DNA from: Myxococcota bacterium | GTDB taxonomy: Bacteria > Myxococcota > SpSt-1050 | DNA length: 46,342 bases | Assembly (NCBI GenBank): GCA_049969675.1 | Contig: JBMFOP010000008.1 | Location: 1-46,342, forward strand | Reading direction: 5' to 3' | Shown: one piece after another, positions 30,670-41,453 of the stretch | How the letters are laid out: every line of letters starts with the position of its first letter | Numbering within the stretch: position 1 is the first letter of the stretch | Notes under the pieces: model-generated | Told to the model about the DNA's origin: nothing | What the model saw: the letters and a program-made list of their open reading frames with translations, nothing else | Database searches by the model: none | Made by a program: the position numbers and the translations under genes

Positions 30670-33600
30670 ATGAAGATATACAATTTTATTTTCTTTATCT
30701 TCATTTCAATTCTGATTCTATCTGCCTGTGGAAGGACACAGCCAGAGTTTTGTATGTATAATTCTGAATGTCCCTCCGGGCGTAGTTGTATTGAAAATAG
30801 GTGTGTGGCTGATCAAGGGTGTAGAATAGATACAGATTGTGCATCAAATCAGAGATGCATAGATGGTGTGTGTCTCTCCAATTGGAATTGTAGAAAGGAT
30901 TCGGACTGCACCGATGGGAAGAGGTGCGTAAATGGTTATTGTCAGACTCAAAATGTTGAGTGTCTTGCAAATGGAGATTGTAAGAAGGGATATGTCTGTA
31001 AAAATAATAAATGTGTTGAAGGAGAGAGTTGCAGGAAGGATTTAGATTGTCCGGAGAACGATAAATGTATTGATGGGGTATGTAAGGAGGTTGAGTGTTC
31101 ACTCACAAAAGCCTGTCCGAACGGTTATGAATGTATAGATAATCAATGCTTTATTAAAGACGAATGTAAATATGATAGTGACTGCCCTGCAAACTATCTC
31201 TGTATAGATGGAAAATGTAAGTTCTGTAGTTGCAGGGGTGATAAGGATTGCAAATCGGATGAGTTCTGTTATGACTGTCAGTGTTATTACAGGAACAGAT
31301 GTTATGGTAAAGAGTGTGCGATTGATGAGCAGTGCAATATAGGGTATTATTGTGATCTGGATAGATGCAGTTGTGTGCCCCAGCCAGCTTATTGTAATAT
31401 TGACTGTGATTGCGATTATTCAAAGATATGTTTAAATGGTCAGTGCAGGACTGGAGATAGATTAAATAACTGCTGTGATAACCCAAATTGTATAGATGGG
31501 AGTGAGTGTGTTAATAAGGATGGGACAGGTGGTATATGTAAGGCGAAGTTGTGTAAAACAGACTGTGATTGCGACCCATATATGGGGTGTGTATCAGGTT
31601 CTACAGGGCTGGATAGCTGTCAGATTGTAAACAGACTCAATCAGTGTTGTGCAAATCTATTCTGCAGGCCAGATGATAGGTGTGTGAATCCAGATGGAAG
31701 CTGGTCAATCTGTCCAACAGAATGTAAACTCTCCTCTGATTGTGCTTATGGATTTGCCTGTGAAAATAATAAGTGTGTCTTCAAAGGTGAATGCAAGAGT
31801 GATGCGGACTGTAAATATCCATATATCTGCGAGATGTACAAATGTGTCTTCAAACCTGAGTGCTCCCGTGATTCTGATTGTCCCGGAGGACTTATATGTA
31901 GAGATTATAAGTGTTATCAGCCGGGGTGTAATTATGATACAGATTGCCCACAGGGTTATAGATGTATTAATGGTCAATGTATGGTGCAGGGTTGCAGGAG
32001 TGATAATGAATGTCCATCTGGTTATGTCTGCAGGGAGAATCTATGTGTAAAATATTCTCAATGCAAAGTAGATTCTGACTGCCCCAAAGATTATTATTGC
32101 TCATTTGGGATCTGTAAACCAAAGACGATTTGCAAGACTGATTCGGATTGTCCATTTGGTTATCAATGTTTTAATTCCAAGTGCGAGCCTTTACCCGAGT
32201 GTGAAGGAGATAAGGACTGCCCTGCGGGTTATATCTGTAATCTACTTGACCATACCTGCATAAAGAAGACCGGTTGTAATTCAGATAAGGATTGTCCGGT
32301 CTACTATGTCTGTCTGGGAGGGGTGTGTCAGAAGTATACTCTCTGCAAGAGCGATATTGATTGTCCTGAAGGCACTTATTGCAAAGATGGTGTATGTCAA
32401 TTCATACCCGAATGTAAAGATGATTATGAGTGTAAACCAGATGAGAGATGTGAATTTGGTTATTGTATGCCAATATACTGTAATAGTGATACTGATTGTA
32501 GATATAACTGGCATTGCTACAACCACAACTGTTTCCCAACTTTTTACTGCGAACAAGATTCAGATTGTCCCTTCCCGAATATGAAATGTATTAATCGTAC
32601 CTGCACTGCCTCCGAGTGCAAAGTGGATGAAGATTGCAGTGCTGGTTATGAATGTATTCAGGGTAAGTGCTTCAGACTCCCACCAAACAACTGCAAGACA
32701 GATAAGGACTGCAGACCGGGATATATCTGTAATTTTGGTTATTGTACTCAAAAGCCAGAGTGTATTCTGGATCAGGACTGCCCTGCGGGTTATAGATGTG
32801 TCAATAATAGATGTCAGAAATCAGGTTGTGTGAGTGATGTAGACTGCCCCGCAGATTATAGATGCATTAATGGTCAATGTCAGATGCAGAATGGTTGTAA
32901 GACAGATGCAGACTGTCCTTATGGATATCTATGTATTAATGGTCAGTGTCAGCAGAATATATGTAAGACTGATTGTGACTGTCCAGAATATCTTGCCTGT
33001 GTAAATGGGGTATGTGCGCCTCTCTCGGGCAGGAGTAATGCCTGCTGCACTATGCCGTGGTGCGACCCAAATATTGGTTGTGTAAACGAGGATGGGACAT
33101 GGAGTAAATGTCCTTTTGGCTGTAAATACGATACTGATTGCCCACAGAATTATAAATGCATAAATAATCAGTGTGTTTATTCTCCACAGTGCAGGGCCGA
33201 TTCTGATTGTCAGATGGGGTATAGGTGTATTAATAATCAATGTGTTTATCAGCCTCAGTGTAGATCTGATTCTGAATGTCCCGAAAACTATAAATGTGTA
33301 AATAGTCAATGTATATTCTCCCCACAATGTCAGAAGGATACCGATTGTCAGAATGGCTTTAAGTGTGTCAACTACAAATGTCAGTATGCGGGTCAGTGCA
33401 GAACCAATAACGATTGTCCTTATGGATACGAGTGCATAAATTATAGTTGTATATTTGCCGGGGAGTGTAAGAGTGATAATGAATGCCCGTATGGCTATAA
33501 ATGTCAATCGTATTATTGTGTGCCAGCAGGTTGTAAGACAGATAGAGATTGTCCGGATGGTTATATATGCAACAGTGGAAATTGTCAGTTTACCGGGCAG

Positions 33601-35622
33601 TGTCACAATAATTCTGATTGCCCTGCTGGATATGCCTGTAAGAATTACTATTGTCAGTTTGTGGGAGAGTGTACAAAGGATTCAGAGTGTCCAGATGGCT
33701 ATAGATGTCTGAACTTCTTCTGTTCTTATCAGGGACAGTGTATTATAGATACCGATTGTCCGGCCGGGCATATCTGTCAGAACAGGCAGTGTATCTTCAA
33801 TGGAGAGTGTAAGACAAATAATGAATGTCAGAGCGGGTATATCTGTAAGGATTTCAAATGTATGTTTGGAGGTGAATGTAAGATTGATTCAGAATGCCCC
33901 CAAAATTATAAGTGTATATCTTATAAATGCATCTTTCAGGGACAGTGCACAAAGGATTCTGATTGTAGCCCGGGTTATGTATGTACAAATAACATCTGCA
34001 CTTATGCCTATCAATGCAGGACAGATTCGGAGTGTGGAACGGGATATCTATGTATAAATAGCAGGTGTCAATATATGGGGCAGTGCACAAAGGATTCAGA
34101 TTGTCCATCCAGTATGAGGTGTTATAACTTCTCCTGTGTATTAAAGCCAGAGTGTGAAAAGAATTCTGATTGCCCATCTGGAAAGATTTGTGATTTTTAC
34201 ACCCATACCTGTATAACAAATAGATATTGTGAAAAAGATGCTGATTGCGGGGCGGGATTTATATGTATTGCCAGTCAATGTAGCCAGCTCATACCCTGCA
34301 AGAGCGATGGGGAATGTCCTTCGGGAAATTATTGCAATCAGGGGATATGCACATTTATACCGAGTTGTAGCAAAGATTCTGATTGTAAAGCAGGGTATAG
34401 ATGTGACTATGGATACTGTCAGCCGGGGAGTTGTACAAAAAATTCAGATTGCAATTACAACTGGCTCTGTCATTATGGAATATGCTATCCACCACTTTAT
34501 TGTTCAACTGATAAAGACTGTCCATTTGACGAACAGGTATGTCAGAACTATGTATGTATAGTCTTGTCCGGTGGATGTAAGAAAGATTCCGACTGTGCAC
34601 CTCAGGAGGCGTGTCTGGGTGGTGTCTGCTATTATATCTGGCCACAGATGTGTAAGACCGATGCTGATTGCGATGCAAATTTTAGGTGTTCATTTGGCTA
34701 CTGTCTGCCAGGGGGTGGGTGTGAGACTGATGCAGATTGTCCGGCTGGATATAGGTGTCTCAATGAGAGTTGTGAGCCAAAGGATAGATGTTACAGCAAT
34801 CTGGATTGCAAGAGTGGACAGGTATGTATAAACGGGAGTTGTACAGTTCAGAGCGGATGTATAATAGACGCCGACTGTAATCCGGGTTATGAGTGTATAA
34901 ACGGGCTGTGTACATTTGCTGGTCAGTGCCACAATGACTCTGAATGTCCCAAAGGCTCAATATGTATGAACTATCAATGTGTTCTCCGGAAGAGTTGTAC
35001 TCGTGATGCCGATTGCCCATCTGGCCAGATATGTGATTTGTTTATGGATATCTGTGCACCAGAATTAAAATGCAATAACGACGCCGATTGTCCTCCCCTC
35101 TCTCTCTGTTTTGGTGATACCTGTATGACTACCAAACTCTGTAATACTGATGCAGATTGTTCATCTAATTCATATTGTTCGTTTGGTGTCTGTTATCCAA
35201 GACCAGACTGCAGGCTTGACTCTGAGTGTAAATCCACAGAGAGATGCGATGGTGGTAGATGTCAACCTATCAGCTGTACAAATGATTCTGATTGTAATCG
35301 CGACTTCACCTGCAGAGCCAATAGATGTATCCCACCATTTTATTGTGAGAGTGATATTGACTGTCCATTCTATGGATTGCAATGCATAAACAGGCTGTGT
35401 ATAAATCCGGGTGGCTGCAATAGCGATTCCGGGTGCCCTAAGAATCAGTACTGTCTTGCAGGTGCATGCTACTTTATGCCTCCAATCAACTGTCTGACTG
35501 ATTCTGATTGTGAAACAGGTATGATTTGTGAATTTGGATACTGCCAGTATGAGCCACAATGCTTCAGCAATATTGACTGCGGGCCTGGAGAGTGGTGTAA
35601 GAAAGGCACCTGCACACAATAA
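30670..35622 (+). CDS. Giant (1650 aa) Cys-repeat lipoprotein
   Basis: Lipobox LSAC; about 60 tandem ~24-aa CxxDxDCxxGxxCxxxxC modules; GGAG RBS. Confidence 0.9.
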   Translation: MKIYNFIFFIFISILILSACGRTQPEFCMYNSECPSGRSCIENRCVADQGCRIDTDCASNQRCIDGVCLSNWNCRKDSDCTDGKRCVNGYCQTQNVECLANGDCKKGYVCKNNKCVEGESCRKDLDCPENDKCIDGVCKEVECSLTKACPNGYECIDNQCFIKDECKYDSDCPANYLCIDGKCKFCSCRGDKDCKSDEFCYDCQCYYRNRCYGKECAIDEQCNIGYYCDLDRCSCVPQPAYCNIDCDCDYSKICLNGQCRTGDRLNNCCDNPNCIDGSECVNKDGTGGICKAKLCKTDCDCDPYMGCVSGSTGLDSCQIVNRLNQCCANLFCRPDDRCVNPDGSWSICPTECKLSSDCAYGFACENNKCVFKGECKSDADCKYPYICEMYKCVFKPECSRDSDCPGGLICRDYKCYQPGCNYDTDCPQGYRCINGQCMVQGCRSDNECPSGYVCRENLCVKYSQCKVDSDCPKDYYCSFGICKPKTICKTDSDCPFGYQCFNSKCEPLPECEGDKDCPAGYICNLLDHTCIKKTGCNSDKDCPVYYVCLGGVCQKYTLCKSDIDCPEGTYCKDGVCQFIPECKDDYECKPDERCEFGYCMPIYCNSDTDCRYNWHCYNHNCFPTFYCEQDSDCPFPNMKCINRTCTASECKVDEDCSAGYECIQGKCFRLPPNNCKTDKDCRPGYICNFGYCTQKPECILDQDCPAGYRCVNNRCQKSGCVSDVDCPADYRCINGQCQMQNGCKTDADCPYGYLCINGQCQQNICKTDCDCPEYLACVNGVCAPLSGRSNACCTMPWCDPNIGCVNEDGTWSKCPFGCKYDTDCPQNYKCINNQCVYSPQCRADSDCQMGYRCINNQCVYQPQCRSDSECPENYKCVNSQCIFSPQCQKDTDCQNGFKCVNYKCQYAGQCRTNNDCPYGYECINYSCIFAGECKSDNECPYGYKCQSYYCVPAGCKTDRDCPDGYICNSGNCQFTGQCHNNSDCPAGYACKNYYCQFVGECTKDSECPDGYRCLNFFCSYQGQCIIDTDCPAGHICQNRQCIFNGECKTNNECQSGYICKDFKCMFGGECKIDSECPQNYKCISYKCIFQGQCTKDSDCSPGYVCTNNICTYAYQCRTDSECGTGYLCINSRCQYMGQCTKDSDCPSSMRCYNFSCVLKPECEKNSDCPSGKICDFYTHTCITNRYCEKDADCGAGFICIASQCSQLIPCKSDGECPSGNYCNQGICTFIPSCSKDSDCKAGYRCDYGYCQPGSCTKNSDCNYNWLCHYGICYPPLYCSTDKDCPFDEQVCQNYVCIVLSGGCKKDSDCAPQEACLGGVCYYIWPQMCKTDADCDANFRCSFGYCLPGGGCETDADCPAGYRCLNESCEPKDRCYSNLDCKSGQVCINGSCTVQSGCIIDADCNPGYECINGLCTFAGQCHNDSECPKGSICMNYQCVLRKSCTRDADCPSGQICDLFMDICAPELKCNNDADCPPLSLCFGDTCMTTKLCNTDADCSSNSYCSFGVCYPRPDCRLDSECKSTERCDGGRCQPISCTNDSDCNRDFTCRANRCIPPFYCESDIDCPFYGLQCINRLCINPGGCNSDSGCPKNQYCLAGACYFMPPINCLTDSDCETGMICEFGYCQYEPQCFSNIDCGPGEWCKKGTCTQ

Positions 35623-35644
35623 ATAGATTGGATGGAGGAAGATT

Positions 35645-36340
35645 ATGAATAGGCAGAAATTAAATAATCTCAGAGAGACAATGTTAAACTGTGATAAGAA
35701 TTGTAAAGGCATAGAGAAATCTCTGGATAATGATATAATACCGAGAGGTATGATTTTTGAATCAAATGATAATGATAATGATAAATTTGTATTCATTGTA
35801 GGGATGAATCCCGCTAAAGAGACAGAGTGTGAAAAAGAATATGTCAGGAATAATAAAGCTGACCTTTTGAATAAGTTGGGTTTTGAAGGAAAACCAGAGA
35901 ATTTCTTTGGGAATAATTGCAAAACTAAATCATACTATTATGTGAAGATTAAACCGATTGTTCAAAAGATAGAAAAGGCAATTGTGGGATGTGATGTTGA
36001 TAATTTTTATTGGACAGAACTGATTAAATGTTAGGGTATGGTCAGCAATATAAATATAAAAGAATGTTGTAATAAATTCCTAAGACATGAAATTGATATT
36101 TTGAATACTGATAGAGTTTATTGTGTAAGAAGTAAAGCTTATGACAGATTCAAGGAATTGGTGAATATTGAAAAGATTTTTAGTTGCAAACAGACTATAG
36201 GGATTTCACACCCTTATAAGAACAATAGGACTTATCAGGAATTTAAGAAAAAATTTTTAAAGAATTTAACGAATTATAAGTTTATTGAAATATTAAAAAT
36301 AAAAATATATAACGGTGTCTGGCTTAATGAGATGCTATGA
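35645..36340 (+). pseudogene. Uracil-DNA glycosylase-like gene split by an in-frame TAG (36032-36034)
   Basis: CDKNC, IVGMNPA, YWTELIKC*, C..KFLRHEIDIL, ISHP match the UDG family 4/5 motif order; both ORFs in one frame. Confidence 0.65.
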
Positions 36341-36354
36341 GCACTGGAGGATTT

Positions 36355-38265
36355 ATGAAAGAAATAACTTATACAATTGTTATTACGATTATAATTTTAA
36401 AATATGCCTATTCCCAACAAAGTATAGTTCTCCAACCAAATTTAGAACAAAATACAGTCCAGAAAGAGATGCAGAGTGTAAGAACTGAATTCCCTGATTT
36501 ATCAACCGGTGGTGGATATTTTGGTGAGACAGCTCTATGGAAGGTCACCTCTTCAGAACCCTTAAAGGCGGTTGGGCTGAGACTTAATCTACACGGCGAA
36601 TATTTTTATTATAAGGAGTTTCTGATAACGGGAGATACAACTCAGAGGCAGATTGGAGACCTCGCATTTGGTATTGTACCTTATGATAACCTTGAGATAT
36701 TTGCGCTCTATCAAACTATTTCAACATACAATGATAAGATGGTACCGAGGCTCCAGCTCTCTCAAGGGAACATATCATCTGGATTGAAATATTCATATCC
36801 GATTCTGAAATATCTATCTACTGGTGCAATGGCGATATTTACTCTCAATACAAAGCCGGGGGAGTCATTCTATTCGTTGGGTGCTACCGGATATACCCTC
36901 AAATCTATCACAACATTTGATGCAAAGAGTCTGGGGGTTGATTTTTTAAGGGTTCATCTAAATCTGGGTGCATATATGATACCGGATGAGGCATTTGGAA
37001 AGGATTTTTATATCTATAGCCACTATCTATTGAATGTGAATGAACAGAAGCAATTCCTGTTTGGATTTGCTGTGGATTTCCCTCTAAGAAAAGAGAGGCT
37101 ATTGCCATTTTCAGAGGTCAGCCTTGGGTATCCAGATGGCCCGGGGTATGCCTCCGCTGGAATCAAGTATCAGCCCTTTGATAGATTTGACCTGACATTT
37201 GACCTGATTGCAGAGTTTGGAATATTTAGAGGGACACCAAAGTATGCCCCGACTACACAGCAATATAATGTTGTGGCAGGGCTCAGTTATGGAGTTAAGC
37301 CTTCATATGAGGTGAAGGTGGTAAAGGAGAAGGTGGTTGAAAAGATATGTGATGAATCCTGTAAAATGGGGCTACCGATTGTTGAGACTGGATTTGCAAA
37401 GGGTTTTGTCTATGAAGAGGGGAGTGAGACAGCCATCGGGAATGCAATAGTTGTAATGGAGGGGACGGGACTTACCAATCTTGCTACCGACCCCGTCTAT
37501 GGGGATTTTACGACACCTCCAATAAAACCAGGTAAGTACAACTTCAATGTCTTTAAGGAAGGGTATGAACCCGCGATGGTTCTTGTAGAGATAAAGAAGG
37601 ATGAGAAGAGCCTTGTTAAGATATATCTGAAGAAGAAGATAGTAGATGGTTCTATCAGTGTAGATGTAATTGATTTGAGGGGCGCTAAGATTACAGATGC
37701 AGAGGTTGTAGCAATAAGTGGGGATAAACAAATTGATGTAAAGAGAGGAGATGATGGAATATTCAGGGCGAAACTCCCCTCAGGGAAGTGGTATGTTACG
37801 GCAAAGGCTGAAGATAAACTCTCCGTCGGAAAGGTGGTGGAGGTCAAAACCAATTTAGATACAACTCTTGAGATTCAACTCAAAGATAAGCCAAAAGAGA
37901 GACTGATAGTTGTAGAGAAGGATAGAATCACCTTAAAGAAGAAGATTCAATTCGCAAAAAATTCGGCTAAGATTATGGGTAATTCATTTATTATTCTGGA
38001 TATGGTGGTGGATGCAATAAATAGTAATCCAAAAATTAAGAAAGTTAAGGTTGAAGTGCACACTGATGATACTGGAAAGCGCGAAGATAATATAAAGCTC
38101 TCTCAACAGAGGGCTGATGCAGTAAAAGAGTATTTAATAAGGCAGGGGATAAGAGAGGAGATACTGGAGGCTAATGGATATGGCCCTGATAAACCCATCG
38201 CCTCAAATAAGACAATGAAAGGAAGGGAACAGAATAGGAGAGTTGAGTTTGTGATTGAGGAATAA
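36355..38265 (+). CDS. OmpA-family protein: N-terminal beta-barrel-like region, two carboxypeptidase-regulatory-like Ig domains, C-terminal OmpA peptidoglycan-binding domain
   Basis: IQFAKNSA, VEVHTDDTG, LSQQRADAV, GYGPDKPIA.N, NRRVEF; GGAGG before ATG 36355. Confidence 0.88.
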   Translation: MKEITYTIVITIIILKYAYSQQSIVLQPNLEQNTVQKEMQSVRTEFPDLSTGGGYFGETALWKVTSSEPLKAVGLRLNLHGEYFYYKEFLITGDTTQRQIGDLAFGIVPYDNLEIFALYQTISTYNDKMVPRLQLSQGNISSGLKYSYPILKYLSTGAMAIFTLNTKPGESFYSLGATGYTLKSITTFDAKSLGVDFLRVHLNLGAYMIPDEAFGKDFYIYSHYLLNVNEQKQFLFGFAVDFPLRKERLLPFSEVSLGYPDGPGYASAGIKYQPFDRFDLTFDLIAEFGIFRGTPKYAPTTQQYNVVAGLSYGVKPSYEVKVVKEKVVEKICDESCKMGLPIVETGFAKGFVYEEGSETAIGNAIVVMEGTGLTNLATDPVYGDFTTPPIKPGKYNFNVFKEGYEPAMVLVEIKKDEKSLVKIYLKKKIVDGSISVDVIDLRGAKITDAEVVAISGDKQIDVKRGDDGIFRAKLPSGKWYVTAKAEDKLSVGKVVEVKTNLDTTLEIQLKDKPKERLIVVEKDRITLKKKIQFAKNSAKIMGNSFIILDMVVDAINSNPKIKKVKVEVHTDDTGKREDNIKLSQQRADAVKEYLIRQGIREEILEANGYGPDKPIASNKTMKGREQNRRVEFVIEE

Positions 38266-38273
38266 TATCCAGT

Positions 38274-39725
38274 TTATCTGGAGCCATAGACATGAAGTCC
38301 GGAGCCAGTAAGCCCAAGATTTACACCGATATATGTAAATATTACAACAGCAAATCCTATTACTGCAATTATGGCAGCCCTCTCCTTACTCCACTTGAGA
38401 ATATGTCTTGAATGTAGATAGAAGGCATATACAAGCCAGGTAATCAATGACCATGTCTCTTTTGGATCCCATCCCCAATATCTCCCCCATGCAAAATGTG
38501 CCCATACAGCACCGGTTAGAATTACAAATGTCATCATCGGGAAGGCAAAGAGTATGGTTCTATATGAGATAGTATCAAGTTTATCAGAAGAGGGGAGTCT
38601 CTCTCTAAAAGCATCAATTTTGTATGATAGATAGATAAGAAATATTGAAATTAAAAATAGCATCAGTATAATTGAAAACTGATATGGGTATGAGTTGAGT
38701 GTAATTCTATAAGGTGGCATTATATTGATGTTCATATTGACTATATTTTGAGGATTGATACCCTGAATGGAAATTGAATAATTAATTACCTTTGCCAGTT
38801 CCATCTTATCTCCACCAATTATAGATGTCTTAATGGAGAATAAGAGTGAGAGCAGATATATAAGAAGAGATGCTGATATAACAAAAGCAAAAGTATATTC
38901 ATTTTTACGTTTTACCGTTAGAATAATACCCGATAAAAATGAAAGAATTATAGTAATAAAGGCGATAATTCCTATCAGTGGGGCGGGCTCTTTCAAAGTA
39001 ATATTTATGGGTTGTGTCTCATTCTCAAGCATTAAAGTGATGGTGGCAGGAACTGATTTCCCATTTTCAGATATACCGATAAGTGTAGCGCTGTAATCAA
39101 ATGGGTTAAAAGAGACCATCATCAGGATGAGAATTGTGATTGTGAATAAGAATACAGATAATATTTTATAAAGTTCTATATTGTCTTTGATAAGATATAG
39201 CATTGCTACGATTGCAGCGATAAGAAATGCCCCGTATGAAAGTGAGGCAGTTATGACATGGAGGTGCAGCCACCAGCTCTTAAGGGCTGGAATCAGAGGG
39301 GATATTGATTTGTCCGGGAGTAGATTTGAGAGACCCATCCCTATTACCACGAGTCCAGAGCCCAGAAGTCCGATTATATTCATTGAATATTTCTTGTTTA
39401 ATATTAAATATACAATGGTGACCCCCCAGAGGACAAAGACCATAGATTCATAGAGATTTGTAAATGGCGGGTGTGAGAGCATAATCTTAAATTTTTCAAT
39501 GCCTGTTGCAATCGTATGCGAACTCTCCTCATATGCCTTAAGTTCAACAATCCCTGCCTCGTAATATCTAATTAAAAGCCCGGTTGTGTGAATTAAGAAT
39601 GATATAAGGGATATTTTATATCCAGCCCTGTATGCTTTATCTTCACGAGATATACCAAGAATATAAAAGAAAAAGGAAAGTGAATAAAGAATAAAAGATA
39701 TAAAAAAGATGTTAGAGGATATCAT
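38274..39725 (-). CDS. ccsA: System II cytochrome c synthase, WWD subunit (CcsA/ResC), enlarged
   Basis: [52 protein letters not shown]. Confidence 0.92.
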   Translation of the reverse strand: MISSNIFFISFILYSLSFFFYILGISREDKAYRAGYKISLISFLIHTTGLLIRYYEAGIVELKAYEESSHTIATGIEKFKIMLSHPPFTNLYESMVFVLWGVTIVYLILNKKYSMNIIGLLGSGLVVIGMGLSNLLPDKSISPLIPALKSWWLHLHVITASLSYGAFLIAAIVAMLYLIKDNIELYKILSVFLFTITILILMMVSFNPFDYSATLIGISENGKSVPATITLMLENETQPINITLKEPAPLIGIIAFITIILSFLSGIILTVKRKNEYTFAFVISASLLIYLLSLLFSIKTSIIGGDKMELAKVINYSISIQGINPQNIVNMNINIMPPYRITLNSYPYQFSIILMLFLISIFLIYLSYKIDAFRERLPSSDKLDTISYRTILFAFPMMTFVILTGAVWAHFAWGRYWGWDPKETWSLITWLVYAFYLHSRHILKWSKERAAIIAVIGFAVVIFTYIGVNLGLTGSGLHVYGSR

Positions 39726-41008
39726 ATATGTTCTCCATTTGCATTTAATTTTGATGCTATATCCTTAATCTCAGATTCTAAATTCTTCCCTATATAAAAT
39801 ATTTTATTCCTCTCTCCTAATCTTACGACTATCATCTTAAAGCGATAAAAGATTACAAGTAGTAATGATAATAAGAAAAGTGTTGAGCCTATAAATACAA
39901 ATCTGGTGCCGGGGTCATATGTAATTCTCAGAATGGAGTTATATGGGATATCTATCTTCTCTATGTAGACCCTGATATCGCTCTCTTCGTTCTGTATCTC
40001 TGGCTTTTTATAAAGTGAGATTATAATTTCATCTCCATATTTAATCTTGATAGCAGGTCCCATATTGTGCACATTCTCAAAATAGTCCTCAATTACAAAT
40101 CTCTTATTATGAATCTCTGCCTCTTCACCGAATCTTAATGTGAGCCCTCTCTTCCCATCTGAGTCTTCAATTGATAACATAAATTGTGATAGCTCGGTAT
40201 TCCTCTCAAATGAGCTCTGAACAAATAGAATACTTTTATATTCAAGGGGTTCATTTACTCTGAGCCTCGTATTAAACTCCTTACCTTTATCAATGACTGT
40301 AATATCCGAAATGTAATCAATCGATTGTCCAGTATTGAGCACTATATTAGAGAATTTATTCAATTTCAGTTCAAAAGGAAGTGGCATCTTGATATAATTA
40401 CCTTTGAGGACCTCTCTATAAAATAGATTTTCAGGTTTGCCCTCTGTGAGCTTTATGAACCCTTCATATCCGAATATGGCAGAGATTGTGATGCCAAAAA
40501 TGATTATTAGAATTGAGATATGCACAAACAAAAAGTTTAAGGCAGAGTATATTCCCCTCCTGATAATAAGATAGTTGATACCATCAATCTCTCTTTTCAA
40601 TACATTCTTTCCATATAATTCCAGAATTCTCTTCTCAATAATATTACTATCCGCTTTTATTTCAATATCTAATTCAACCAAAGAATCCAGTGGCAGATAC
40701 TCTTTACTTAAATTTCTCTGGAGTCGTTTCTGGATGAGTGGCAATCGGTTGAGGGTGCAGGCGATTAGATTGAAGGTAAAGAGGAATAGCCAGAAGACCA
40801 CTACAAAGTTGTGATAGGGATTTAAAAGCCCTGTTATTTTCAATAGTAGAAATAAGGGCGGTCTATTCTCAAAGAGATATTTGACATATTCTGCCTCCTG
40901 AGGAATAAAAGTGGATACGGCAAGATAGACCAGTATCAGTAAAAGAAGTATTATGGTAAATTTGAGGGAAGAAAATACCTCAAAGGTTTTATTTATCAGG
41001 ACTTTCAC
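39722..41008 (-). CDS. resB: System II cytochrome c biogenesis protein ResB/Ccs1
   Basis: [43 protein letters not shown]. Confidence 0.88.
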   Translation of the reverse strand: MKVLINKTFEVFSSLKFTIILLLLILVYLAVSTFIPQEAEYVKYLFENRPPLFLLLKITGLLNPYHNFVVVFWLFLFTFNLIACTLNRLPLIQKRLQRNLSKEYLPLDSLVELDIEIKADSNIIEKRILELYGKNVLKREIDGINYLIIRRGIYSALNFLFVHISILIIIFGITISAIFGYEGFIKLTEGKPENLFYREVLKGNYIKMPLPFELKLNKFSNIVLNTGQSIDYISDITVIDKGKEFNTRLRVNEPLEYKSILFVQSSFERNTELSQFMLSIEDSDGKRGLTLRFGEEAEIHNKRFVIEDYFENVHNMGPAIKIKYGDEIIISLYKKPEIQNEESDIRVYIEKIDIPYNSILRITYDPGTRFVFIGSTLFLLSLLLVIFYRFKMIVVRLGERNKIFYIGKNLESEIKDIASKLNANGEHI

Positions 41009-41453
41009 TCTTTTTGTGTTCTTTTTTATGTTCTATAATCTTCATTCCATCTTTGATATTCATCTTATTTATCTTTGGAGAATCCTCGGTATGGCACCTC
41101 TTACAACTCTCCTCATCTGGCTTCTTTAGTCCAATCAGACGAGAGAGCTCCTTATCTTTCATAACATAGCTCTGAGAGTAATACTTCCCTGGCCCGTGGC
41201 ATGCCTCACATCCTATCTCCATATATTTACCTTCTTTATCCATAGAGTGGCACAACAGACATTCTCTATTCTTTGATTCATCAGCCTTTAATGACTTTGA
41301 TGTATCTTTATGTTTGGTCTTTGAAAACTTCTCATATTCCTCTTTATGACATATCTTGCATCTCTCGGAGCCTACAAAGTCATCCGAATGTAGAGATACC
41401 GAATAATGTAAGGATAAGATCAAAGATATAGCAGCAAAAAAGGTTCTATTCAT
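40989..41453 (-). CDS. Tetraheme cytochrome c (c554-like)
   Basis: Signal peptide; CKICH, CLLCH, CEACHGPG, CKRCH; start set at ATG 41453. Confidence 0.88.
   Translation of the reverse strand: MNRTFFAAISLILSLHYSVSLHSDDFVGSERCKICHKEEYEKFSKTKHKDTSKSLKADESKNRECLLCHSMDKEGKYMEIGCEACHGPGKYYSQSYVMKDKELSRLIGLKKPDEESCKRCHTEDSPKINKMNIKDGMKIIEHKKEHKKSESPDK

Noticed and set aside
30670..35622. Periodic DNA as CRISPR array or tandem DNA repeat
   Set aside because: Periodicity comes from Cys/Asp codons in an open frame; there are no identical nucleotide repeats with spacers
35170..35922. 250-aa minus-strand ORF and other short ORFs nested in long genes (e.g. 32929-33606, 3995-4429, 42140-42481)
   Set aside because: Shadow frames of well-supported genes, with no motifs or RBS
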